Positions 17,556 through 26,374 of a stretch of DNA of 64,000 bases are shown one piece after another. How positions within the stretch are numbered: the stretch's first letter is position 1; every line of letters starts with the position of its first letter. The notes beneath the pieces are model-generated. The model saw only the letters and a list, made by a program, of their open reading frames with translations, ran no database searches and had not been told where the DNA came from. This DNA is from Segatella copri (GTDB lineage Bacteria > Bacteroidota > Bacteroidia > Bacteroidales > Bacteroidaceae), in contig JAJVTK010000019.1 in NCBI GenBank assembly GCA_021622245.1, forward strand, positions 2,983-66,982. The letters are read 5' to 3'. Position numbers and translations under genes: made by a program.

Positions 17556-18353
17556 ATGAAAATTAGAATGATTCTTATGGCATTAGCAGCTTTGCTCTGT
17601 TTGACAAGTTGTAGCGATAATGATTCTGGAATTCAGCTCACTGAAGACGAAGTAACCGGTGATATAATTACTGGTAAGCAGATTGTTATTAACACTCTTA
17701 CAACCTATACCGATAGTGGCAGCAAGGTGAATGTTAATGGAGCTAAAGGTAAAGTATCAGCAACTTCTTCTGATGATAGTGTTGCCAAGGTTTCGTGTTC
17801 TTCAAATGAGTCTGAGAAGGAGATATACGTAAGTGGCGTTTCTGAGGGAAATGCTACTATAACCGTAACCGACTCAGACGGAAACTCTGCTATCTTAAAG
17901 GTAGAAGTAAAAAATTGGACTGCCCGTTGGAAGATATATAGAACGATGTATGTGGTAAATAGAAAATGTTTAGTTGAAGGCGTTTCTTCCGAGGATTCCG
18001 CAGCTATCGCAGCCGATGCCATAGAGAACGACAAGTTCTATAAATATTATACTTTCCGTACTCCTACTAATAATCCTTTTGGTGTTATAACCAAAAGACT
18101 TACCATAACTGACAGTGAAGGAAATACTCGTATGGAGGGAGTTCTTAACATCCAACAAAATGCTGATAATACAGAAGTTTGGTATTTGTTGCCTTTCAAA
18201 GATTATAGAGCAGTTGTCTTGGCTACATTCTATAGTGACGGTGAGAGTATCTTTAAAGATGTGACAGATAATTATAAGAAGACTTATCCTCACATTAAAA
18301 AGGTCGAGCTACAAGCCATTTGTGCAATAGAGGAATTGGAGCCGGACAAATAA
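17556..18353 (+). CDS. Lipoprotein with an Ig-like (Big_2-like) domain
   Basis: Lipobox LTSC followed by acidic SDNDS; SSDDSVAKV…VSGVSEGNATITVTD pattern. Confidence 0.7.
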   Translation: MKIRMILMALAALLCLTSCSDNDSGIQLTEDEVTGDIITGKQIVINTLTTYTDSGSKVNVNGAKGKVSATSSDDSVAKVSCSSNESEKEIYVSGVSEGNATITVTDSDGNSAILKVEVKNWTARWKIYRTMYVVNRKCLVEGVSSEDSAAIAADAIENDKFYKYYTFRTPTNNPFGVITKRLTITDSEGNTRMEGVLNIQQNADNTEVWYLLPFKDYRAVVLATFYSDGESIFKDVTDNYKKTYPHIKKVELQAICAIEELEPDK

Positions 18354-18386
18354 GTAAGAGTGTTTCTTGTAATATTTTTGTGGATA

Positions 18387-18428
18387 AATCCCGAGGAAAG
18401 ATTTCTAAAGAAACGTTTCCTCGGGATT
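18387..18428. terminator. Hairpin between convergent genes
   Basis: AATCCCGAGGAAA…TTTCCTCGGGATT perfect 13-bp stem. Confidence 0.7.
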
Positions 18429-18478
18429 GTTGTATTAATACAATCCCAAGAGGCTCGTGAGGATATCTTCAAGGCTGA

Positions 18479-19036
18479 TTAATATGCACCTAAAACCTTC
18501 CAGTCGTCTATGAGTTTGAACAGTCGGGGCATGGCTGGCTTGTAGCTGTCGGGATAGGTGAGGGAATAGACGAAGAGTATTCTGCCACTCTTGATGAATT
18601 TATCATAATGACTGTAGCCATCTATTCTTACTCCGTTTTCAAAGACAGGACCGGAGAGGATGAATGCCTTATTCGATGCCTGCATCGTCCGCTCCGAATG
18701 AAGCTTCTGGGCTAGAGAATCGGCACAAGCCTGAAGGGTGTTGCTATAGTTGGGGGTAACGTAACTCTCCAGGATGATGTTGGCATGATTAGTGAATGAG
18801 AAGCGGGCATAGCCTTGGTATCCCAATATCGAAGTATCCTCCTGCTGAAAGAAGCAAGGATATTTGACAACGTAGCCGAAGTCCGGATCATTGTATTCCT
18901 TCATGGGCGCCATCTCTACCTTGGTTTTGAAATCCGCCATCGGTGTTTGCTGCTCTTTCGTAACCTCATGGTGATAGTTGATGATGAAGTTTATCATCAT
19001 CAGCAAGACAACTGCTATCAAAAAAATCTTCTTCAT
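18479..19036 (-). CDS. Exported or membrane-anchored hypothetical protein (possibly PsbP-like fold)
   Basis: N-terminal hydrophobic segment; Y.D.DFGY.V.YP..F start and terminal helix loosely resemble PsbP-like proteins. Confidence 0.55.
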   Translation of the reverse strand: MKKIFLIAVVLLMMINFIINYHHEVTKEQQTPMADFKTKVEMAPMKEYNDPDFGYVVKYPCFFQQEDTSILGYQGYARFSFTNHANIILESYVTPNYSNTLQACADSLAQKLHSERTMQASNKAFILSGPVFENGVRIDGYSHYDKFIKSGRILFVYSLTYPDSYKPAMPRLFKLIDDWKVLGAY

Positions 19037-19063
19037 ATCTTTGCTCCTTTTGTATTATAGCTG

Positions 19064-19121
19064 CAAAGGTATGAAGAAGATGGGAAACAGCCAAATAATA
19101 AGTATGACATTTGGCTGACAT
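19064..19121 (-). promoter_or_regulatory. Promoter with 11-bp-period ATGTCAG-N4-ATGTCAT operator
   Basis: TACCTTTG at 19071-19064; minus-strand TGTCA half-sites start at 19120 and 19109. Confidence 0.7.
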
Positions 19122-19129
19122 TTCTGAAC

Positions 19130-19903
19130 TTATCTGATTATCAGTCGATAAGACTTGCCTCTTTCCGATTCAATCATGAGGTTGCTATTTTGCTCAATCA
19201 CCGGTTTGATACGGCGAATCAAGGTATAGAGCGTTTCGCTGGCATCCGGTTTCTTGGGCCAAAGAGCATCACAAATCTCCTGTTTGGAGAGTTGATGATG
19301 CGTATTGTTGAAGAAGAGTTGCATCAGCTGGTGCTGCATCGGAGTAAACTTGATGGCTTGTCCGCTTTCCTGATTGTAGAAGGAATCCTCGTCTTGAGAA
19401 TAGCACATGGTGCCGAACATATCGGCCTCATGATTCCAGGGTTGTTTTCTGCGATGATAGTATAGCGATGCAATTGCCCAAATCATAGCCATGAGGGTAA
19501 GCGTCAAAGATGTCCGCTGGTTGCTCATACTCAAAACATCTGCCATCGAACAGTTAGCATAACTTTGGATAGAATGCTCGTTGAGGAGCATCTGTTTGCT
19601 GCTGAGCAGGTTGGCGCTATTTAGCAACTGGGAATTGTTCTTGCCTCTTCTTCTGTCTTCCATCACATAGCAGAGATTACTGGTCGATTTCAGCAGGTCG
19701 ATGCTGAGATGTGAGCGGTAGCTCTGGATGGTATCAGGCGTAATCCATTGATATTTATTTTCCTGAAGAGTCAGAGCCAAAGCTTTGTTCATATCTTGTA
19801 CAATGGCATACTGTGCCTTGCGGTAGTTGCTTACGCTGGAGAATGCCGCAGATATCACAAGGATGGCAAAGATGAGGATGGAATGATATGCTTTCAGTTT
19901 CAT
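19130..19903 (-). CDS. Membrane-anchored one-component regulator (2 TM, periplasmic domain, C-terminal OmpR/PhoB-type winged helix)
   Basis: Two hydrophobic segments; C-terminal FTPMQHQLM.LF…LSKQEICDALW…TLYTLIRRIK…IESERGKSYRL. No receiver domain. Confidence 0.8.
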   Translation of the reverse strand: MKLKAYHSILIFAILVISAAFSSVSNYRKAQYAIVQDMNKALALTLQENKYQWITPDTIQSYRSHLSIDLLKSTSNLCYVMEDRRRGKNNSQLLNSANLLSSKQMLLNEHSIQSYANCSMADVLSMSNQRTSLTLTLMAMIWAIASLYYHRRKQPWNHEADMFGTMCYSQDEDSFYNQESGQAIKFTPMQHQLMQLFFNNTHHQLSKQEICDALWPKKPDASETLYTLIRRIKPVIEQNSNLMIESERGKSYRLIIR

Positions 19904-20011
19904 ATTATCTATTCTGTTTAAATGATATACTGTTTAAAGATTCAAATGCAAAAGTACAGAAATTCTATGAAAGATGGTATAAAACTAGATATAATATTCG
20001 TTAATTGATAA

Positions 20012-20069
20012 ATGTCAGACTCATGTCAGCCATATTTTTCGCTTCGGTCTTCTCTTTTTGATACCTTTG
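20012..20069 (+). promoter_or_regulatory. Promoter with 11-bp-period ATGTCAG-N4-ATGTCAG operator
   Basis: ATGTCAG at 20012 and 20023; TACCTTTG at 20062-20069. Confidence 0.7.
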
Positions 20070-20097
20070 CAACAGAAAACAAATTTTAGAAAAGTAT

Positions 20098-22203
20098 ATG
20101 ATGACAATGAAGAAAAGTAAATTGTTAACAGCTATGGTGATGCTGTGGGCATTGATCTCTTGTGTAGAAATACGTGCCCAGGAGATCCAGAAGGTATCGA
20201 ATGATTCTATAGCCTTGCAAGAAGTTGTTGTGAAGGCGGCACGAGTAGTCAACAAGGAAGATGGCAAGTTGATATTTCCAAGCGATATTCAGAAGCAGCG
20301 TTCTTTTTCTGGCTTTTCGCTTTTAGGAAAGTTGGCTTTGCCTCATATCAGGGTTGATGAGGCTGGCCGTTCCATTTCTGCTACCGATAATAAAGGAGAA
20401 GTGCAGATTCGTATCAATGGCATTCTCGCCAATATGCATGACGTGCAGATGCTGGATGTAGCTTCTATTATGAGTGTAGATTATATTGATAGTCCTGGCG
20501 TAAGATATGGAAAGAATATTGCATACGTGATAGATATTCATACCCGCAGGAATTCATCGGGTGGCAGTTTGGGCTTCAACCTGACTAATGCGCTAACTAC
20601 CAAGCTCGGTTCGAACGATGTCTATGCATCTGTCAATAGGGGCAAGAGCCAATTGAATATTTTATATGAGCAGACTTATGTGGATAATAAGGCATCCGAA
20701 TATAATGAGAATGCTCAATATCTTCTACATGATGGTTCTGAGTATCAGATATCTCGAAAAATCATGAATGTGGCAACTCGAAATTATGATAATATATTGC
20801 AGTTGAAGTATAATCTGGCTGATTCTGCATTATATGTATTCCAGACAACGCTTACCACGGATTTCAGCAATCAGCCTTATACTTCGAATGAGATGTGGTT
20901 TTCTGAATCTGGAAAGCCTGCGTATCCTGTTTACAGAACCAGCAAGGGTAGGGATTTTACTCCTGCTCTCGATTTGTATTTCTATCATCAGTTGGGCAAG
21001 CATCAGTCTTTGTCGGCAGATGTTTTGGGCACTTATATCCACACCAAAGGAGCCTATTATGAAGGTGAGGGCGAACCCTATCAATATCAGGTAGATGGAA
21101 AGACCTATTCGCTCATAGCCGAGGCTATCTATGAAAACCGGTTGAAACCCTTTACTTTTTCTGCAGGAACCAACTTGAACTGGAAATATATGGATAATCA
21201 GTATTTGGGTGATGTGGTTAGCGAGAATGGTATCCGTTCATTGGGTATTTATGGCTTTGCACAAATCAAGGGAAGTTTGGGACAATTCAAGGAAGGAACA
21301 TCCCGTTTAACTTATGTGGCTGGCTTCGGGTTGAGTAATCAGACTTATCGACAGGGAGATGAGGATTTTAGTTTTTGGCTTTGTCGTCCGAAACTCACAT
21401 TGGCTTATTCCTTGACATCTTCGTTTCAGATCCGCTTGGGAAGTGAATTATCACAGCATATTTCGCAGATAGCTATGATTTCGGATACCCGTATTCGAAA
21501 GAACAGTATGGAATGGACTGTGGGTAATCCTTCGCTTAAGCCTAACAGTAGATATGAGAACTGGGTTGCGTTCTCTTTCAGTAACCCAAGGATAAATACT
21601 GATTTTACCTTGAATTATCGCATCAATCGTCATTGTAATTTGGCGAAATACACCCGCACGGAAAATGATCAGTTTCTTTATTCCCAGGCGAATCAGCCCC
21701 ATTGTAATATGTTGTATCTTACGAATGATACCCGGTTTGACATTATCCCCGACCACCTTATATTATCTGTGAACGCAGGTATTAACCGTTTTTTCAATAA
21801 GGGCGATGAGTACAGTCATTGTTATACCGCTTATAATTATGGTGGAACATTACAGGGATATTGGGGAAAATGGACTGTGATACTGTATGCTGATAACGGT
21901 TGGAACTTTATGGAGGGAGAGCACATCGGGCATAATCCTCCTTCATTGGCAGCCTCAGCCAGTTATCATATAGGTGATTTCGATTTTACGCTCTATATGC
22001 ATAATCCGTTTATGGCTCATCCGAAATCCTATTCAGCAGAAATCGTCAACGCATTACTCCGTAAGCAGGTTTGTGGTTATGACAATTCGGGAGGTAATTT
22101 GTTCCGTATCGGTGTTGCCTGGAATATCAATCGGGGAAAGGACTACCGTAAGATACAGCGGAATATCAACAATGAGGAGCGCGAAACGGGTATCTTGAAA
22201 TAG
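20098..22203 (+). CDS. TonB-dependent-receptor-like outer-membrane beta-barrel protein
   Basis: Signal peptide, LQEVVV TonB-box-like motif, RINGI…VDYIDSPGVRY plug, GNPSLKP, amphipathic strands. Confidence 0.8.
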   Translation: MMTMKKSKLLTAMVMLWALISCVEIRAQEIQKVSNDSIALQEVVVKAARVVNKEDGKLIFPSDIQKQRSFSGFSLLGKLALPHIRVDEAGRSISATDNKGEVQIRINGILANMHDVQMLDVASIMSVDYIDSPGVRYGKNIAYVIDIHTRRNSSGGSLGFNLTNALTTKLGSNDVYASVNRGKSQLNILYEQTYVDNKASEYNENAQYLLHDGSEYQISRKIMNVATRNYDNILQLKYNLADSALYVFQTTLTTDFSNQPYTSNEMWFSESGKPAYPVYRTSKGRDFTPALDLYFYHQLGKHQSLSADVLGTYIHTKGAYYEGEGEPYQYQVDGKTYSLIAEAIYENRLKPFTFSAGTNLNWKYMDNQYLGDVVSENGIRSLGIYGFAQIKGSLGQFKEGTSRLTYVAGFGLSNQTYRQGDEDFSFWLCRPKLTLAYSLTSSFQIRLGSELSQHISQIAMISDTRIRKNSMEWTVGNPSLKPNSRYENWVAFSFSNPRINTDFTLNYRINRHCNLAKYTRTENDQFLYSQANQPHCNMLYLTNDTRFDIIPDHLILSVNAGINRFFNKGDEYSHCYTAYNYGGTLQGYWGKWTVILYADNGWNFMEGEHIGHNPPSLAASASYHIGDFDFTLYMHNPFMAHPKSYSAEIVNALLRKQVCGYDNSGGNLFRIGVAWNINRGKDYRKIQRNINNEERETGILK

Positions 22204-22247
22204 GTGGCTTTGCTTTCTATATGGGTTGCATGGGCAACAGCCGGAAT

Positions 22248-23186
22248 TTATTTCTTCCCTTTATTGATGATATAAATTCCGGCAGTAGCCAATGCGCCTG
22301 CTATCAGATACTTCCAGTAGAAGGTTTCGCCAAGACAGAGACAGGAGGTGATGGCTCCTACTACGGGGATGAGCGAATTGTATATCGCTACCTTTCCTAC
22401 GGGATTGCAGCTCAATAATTTGTTGTAGAGAGCGAAACTGATGGTTGAGATGGCAATGAGCAGCAGAAGGATCGTGATGCCCCAGAGGCTGATGACTGGC
22501 AGATAGCCACCCATTAACAATGCAGGAATCACCAGCAAGGCTCCACCGATGCTTAGCGAATAACCGGTTCCTACGAAAACATCCACCCTCTTGCTCAATC
22601 CTCTGGTCAGCAGGGAAGCACTGGCTCCACACAGGGCATTGAGGATAATCATACCATCGCCCAGGAATGTGAAACTTCCGCTTTCCTTTCCGCCAAGGTT
22701 CAAGGCAAGGATGCCCAGGAAGCCGATGATGCAGCCTAATGCCTTTCGCCACGTCATCCTGTCGCTCTTGAAGAAGATGCAGGCAAGGATAACCACTGTG
22801 AAGACGCTCATAGAATTGAGTATTGCCGAACGTGCTCCAGCATTATGCGAGAGTCCGAAATAGAAGAAGGCATAATGAAGGGTGGTGTTGAGGAGTGCAT
22901 AGAGGAGAAGGAACCAGACATTCTCTTGAACAGCTTTCTTCTTGAATCCGAATTTACGGTGCGAGCTTCTGGCGATGGCAAGGATGATGATGCCGGAGAT
23001 GAAGAAGCGGATGCCGGCAAAAAGCATCTTGCTTCCGGTCATGTCTGCTGTAATCTGATATTCCTCCATTCCCATTTTTATCAATGGGTAAGCCCATCCC
23101 CACGAGATAGCAGCCGTAAGGGCGAACAGGCTTACCCATACCGGGCGCTGAAATATACTGAGTGTATTTGTTTCTTTCTTTTCCAT
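22248..23186 (-). CDS. DMT/EamA family transporter
   Basis: About 10 TM helices in two EamA-like repeats (WG.AYP.IK…RF; LGE.F). Confidence 0.88.
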   Translation of the reverse strand: MEKKETNTLSIFQRPVWVSLFALTAAISWGWAYPLIKMGMEEYQITADMTGSKMLFAGIRFFISGIIILAIARSSHRKFGFKKKAVQENVWFLLLYALLNTTLHYAFFYFGLSHNAGARSAILNSMSVFTVVILACIFFKSDRMTWRKALGCIIGFLGILALNLGGKESGSFTFLGDGMIILNALCGASASLLTRGLSKRVDVFVGTGYSLSIGGALLVIPALLMGGYLPVISLWGITILLLLIAISTISFALYNKLLSCNPVGKVAIYNSLIPVVGAITSCLCLGETFYWKYLIAGALATAGIYIINKGKK

Positions 23187-23235
23187 TTATAACTTAATTG
23201 ATATTCCCTTGCTTCTGTGTTTGCTAAATGGCAAT

Positions 23236-24057
23236 CTACAAGTCCCCCAGATGTCTTTCTATCGGAATTCCTCGGTTCTTGTCCTTGTCATCCTTGTTGA
23301 TGTCTATCCAGTTGCGCAGGGTATCCATGGCGATGCGGGTGGCATGGCGGAGATGATCGCCATCCTTTAGTCTGCCCACGATGATGCTGGAGAAGATGTC
23401 ACCGGTGCCCGGGAACTGAACTGGGATTTCTTCGTAGGGCAGGAGGAAATACTCTTCTGTAAGATGATTGAAACCTACCACGGCATGCTGACCCTCTACG
23501 ATGCACGAGGTGATGAGCACGGAGTGGGAACCGATGGCTCTCAGTTTATCTATCAGTTCATAGGCTTCCTTCTCCGAGATTCCCTCTTCCTTGTATTCCG
23601 AATCCGTCAGCAGGCAAGCCTCGGTATAGTTGGGAAAACAGAGATGCGATACGCTCAGCATCTCCTTCATGCATCTCACGGTACTCTCACTGGCTCCACC
23701 ATAGAGCTTGCCGTAATCGCCCATCACGGGATCCACATAGATGTCGGTGCCCAGCGCAGCCTGTTCTCTGCAATAACGTGCCACCAGCTTAGCCTGACGC
23801 TCCGAAACCATGAAACCCGTGGTGATGGCATCGAAGTGAATGCCCAGTTCGTTCCACTTCTGCAAGGCTTCCTCGATATACGAAGTGCATTCCAGAATGG
23901 CGTACTTGCCGTATGGGAAGGTGTTGCTGATGAGCATGGTTGGCAGATTGAACACGTCGAGTCCCATATAAGAGAGGATAGGCATCTGAACTGCGGCAGA
24001 TACCTTTCCGTAGCCACACATGTCGCTGATAATAAGGATATTACTTTTCGCTTTCAT
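23236..24057 (-). CDS. pdxK: Pyridoxal/pyridoxamine kinase family protein
   Basis: YVDPVMGDYGKLY, PNYTEA, GTGDIFSS ribokinase-fold motifs. Confidence 0.8.
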   Translation of the reverse strand: MKAKSNILIISDMCGYGKVSAAVQMPILSYMGLDVFNLPTMLISNTFPYGKYAILECTSYIEEALQKWNELGIHFDAITTGFMVSERQAKLVARYCREQAALGTDIYVDPVMGDYGKLYGGASESTVRCMKEMLSVSHLCFPNYTEACLLTDSEYKEEGISEKEAYELIDKLRAIGSHSVLITSCIVEGQHAVVGFNHLTEEYFLLPYEEIPVQFPGTGDIFSSIIVGRLKDGDHLRHATRIAMDTLRNWIDINKDDKDKNRGIPIERHLGDL

Positions 24058-24102
24058 TCTTTCTTTTTTCTACTTGCTTTTCTTTCTTATCCTGATTATC
24101 TC

Positions 24103-24870
24103 TTAATAGCTGGCTGTACACTTGATGCCCAATGCCTCTACACGGTCCTTGATGGCATCGAGTACTTCCTTTGGTGCCTTTTCCAGCAACTTGTCTGGTG
24201 TTTCACGGGCGATGGTATAAACCATTACCTGCTGAGGCTGGATATCTTTCACTGCCTCCAGCCAAGGAGCTACGAAATGCTCGCTGGTATTGTCCAAACC
24301 GTCACCTCTCAGGAACATGGTCTGGATGATGACGTGCCCCTTGAACATTTTCAGATATTTGATCACATCCTTCACGTCGTAGTTAGGCTGCTGAGGGCGG
24401 TCCAGCTTCTTGATGTAATCCATATCCACGGTATCCAGTTTCAGGATGTTGTTATCCACGAGCATCAGCGCCTCTCTCACTTCCTCCTTATATATATAGG
24501 TGGCGTTGCTGAGTACGGATACTTGTGCTTCAGGGAAATATTTCTTGCAGAGTTCCATCGTATCTTCCACGATTCCCTTAAAGTCTGGGTGTCCCGTAGG
24601 TTCACCGTTTCCTGCGAAGGTAATGTCGTCCAAAGGCTGGTTGTTGTCGTGGCGCTCTTTCAGAACTTTCTCCAATCCTTCTCTTACCTCCTCGCGGGTA
24701 GGGCGCTTCTTCTTAGGACGGAAGTCGGCGTTGAATCCGCATTCGCAATAAACGCAGTCGAATGAGCAGACCTTGCCATCAGATGGCATGAGGTTGATGC
24801 CCAATGAAACACCCAGACGGCGAGAGTTTACCGGACCGAATATCGGTGATGGATAAATAATCGTTGACAT
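24103..24870 (-). CDS. Radical SAM protein
   Basis: CSFDCVYC (CxxxCxxC), GPV.SRRLG.SLGIN, ITFAGNGEPT. Confidence 0.9.
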   Translation of the reverse strand: MSTIIYPSPIFGPVNSRRLGVSLGINLMPSDGKVCSFDCVYCECGFNADFRPKKKRPTREEVREGLEKVLKERHDNNQPLDDITFAGNGEPTGHPDFKGIVEDTMELCKKYFPEAQVSVLSNATYIYKEEVREALMLVDNNILKLDTVDMDYIKKLDRPQQPNYDVKDVIKYLKMFKGHVIIQTMFLRGDGLDNTSEHFVAPWLEAVKDIQPQQVMVYTIARETPDKLLEKAPKEVLDAIKDRVEALGIKCTASY

Positions 24871-25173
24871 AATCTTATTCTCCTTTATCTAATCTATTCT
24901 TTATTTTATCTTGGTAATACCTATTTTTATACCAATCTTATTTACTTGTTCGTAATTTGGTGGGCAAAAGTACTAAAAAATGTTGGAATGAACAAATAAA
25001 TCAACTGAAAATCGATTTATCCTTACCATTTGTCTTCTATCTCCGATAGATTGTGTACTTTTGCATTCAAATCCGGGGAGAATCTTGGTGATTTCGATTC
25101 GGATTTAAAGGAAAAAACAAAAAAGTTGATGTTTTGCTTAGTTTTTCGCTTGACTCAACTGTATAGATAGTAT

Positions 25174-25653
25174 ATGAACAGGAAAAAGGACATAGAACAG
25201 TTATTCCGTCAGCATTACGCGAAGATGTACAATCTGGCCAGATGCATTCTTTCGGATGATGACGAGAGCAAGGATGTGGTGAGTGAAGTATTCGCCCAGA
25301 TTCTTGCCGATGATGTGGTTCTGGTGCCTGGGAGTGAGGAAGGTTATCTGATGCGGAGCGTACGCAACCGCTGTCTCAACCTGATAGCTCATAAGAGCGT
25401 GAAGGAAAGGGTGGCGAAGCTGCTGCTGGATGATTCCGACGTGATTCTCTCTGAAGAGACCGACGAGCGACTCGACCGGCTGATGCTTCTCATCGAAGAC
25501 CTGGAACCACCTATCCGGCAACTTATTTTCCGTCTGCGCTATCTTCAGGAGAAATCTTATCAGGAGGTGGCTGATGAAGTGGGAGTGAGCAAGGTGACGG
25601 TATTCAACCATCTCTCGAAGGCGATGGACTGGATTAAGAAACAATTTAAATGA
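25174..25653 (+). CDS. ECF sigma factor
   Basis: LFRQHY..MY…SKDVVSEVF, YLMRSVRNRCLN, SYQEVA.E.GVS..TV..HLS.A. Confidence 0.92.
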   Translation: MNRKKDIEQLFRQHYAKMYNLARCILSDDDESKDVVSEVFAQILADDVVLVPGSEEGYLMRSVRNRCLNLIAHKSVKERVAKLLLDDSDVILSEETDERLDRLMLLIEDLEPPIRQLIFRLRYLQEKSYQEVADEVGVSKVTVFNHLSKAMDWIKKQFK

Positions 25654-26357
25654 GCAAGACAATGACAAACATGAGTAAAGAAGAAAAGCGGATGATGCTC
25701 TTTGACATGCAGGAGCATCCCGAGAAATATACCGACGAGCAGGTGGAGCACCTGCTTGCCGATGAGGAAGTGAAGGAGTTCTTCCATGAACTGGCGATGG
25801 CGAGAATGGCTGGCAAGAAAGCCAATCCGAAGGAGGTGGATGTGGATGGGGCTTGGAAGGAGTTTGTTCAGGCACATCACGAGGGTAAGTTGGCGATAGA
25901 TGCCGGCAAATCCAAGAGCGTTTATCGCAACCGGATGAAGATTGCTGCATCCATCGTCGGCATCATCTTCCTTTCGGGTGTAGCCTTGGCTGCGATTCAC
26001 AATGGCTGGTTGGGGTTCTCGGCTTCTGATCAGACTGCGGATAACAAGGCTGCGACAGAACAGTTGGCAACAACCCAGGCGCTTGCGAATGACAGTCTTC
26101 GTGTAGCAACAGCAGAGAACAAGGATTCTCTTGATATGAAACCCGAGGTGTTTGATGATGCTGAATTGGGAACCATCCTGGCTCAGCTATCCGGTTTCTA
26201 TCATGTCAAAGTGGAGTATGTGGATGCTGGTGCCCAGCACATCCGTCTCTTCTTCAACTGGAACAAGACGAAGACTTTGGAGCAGAACCTGGAGATTTTG
26301 AATGCTTTCGACCGCATACAGATAGAGTATATTGACGGTACATTGTTGGTGAAATAA
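25650..26357 (+). CDS. Putative anti-sigma factor (single TM, C-terminal FecR_C/DUF4974-like domain)
   Basis: Overlaps the sigma stop (ATGA); DVDGAWKEF, TM segment, C-terminal FDDAELGTIL..LS.FY.V.V…LE..LEILN.F. Confidence 0.8.
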   Translation: MSKTMTNMSKEEKRMMLFDMQEHPEKYTDEQVEHLLADEEVKEFFHELAMARMAGKKANPKEVDVDGAWKEFVQAHHEGKLAIDAGKSKSVYRNRMKIAASIVGIIFLSGVALAAIHNGWLGFSASDQTADNKAATEQLATTQALANDSLRVATAENKDSLDMKPEVFDDAELGTILAQLSGFYHVKVEYVDAGAQHIRLFFNWNKTKTLEQNLEILNAFDRIQIEYIDGTLLVK

Positions 26358-26374
26358 GATAGGAGGATATATTT

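Noticed and set aside
23464..24765. 433-aa plus-strand ORF
   Set aside because: Antisense shadow of the pyridoxal kinase and radical SAM genes, with no recognisable motifs.
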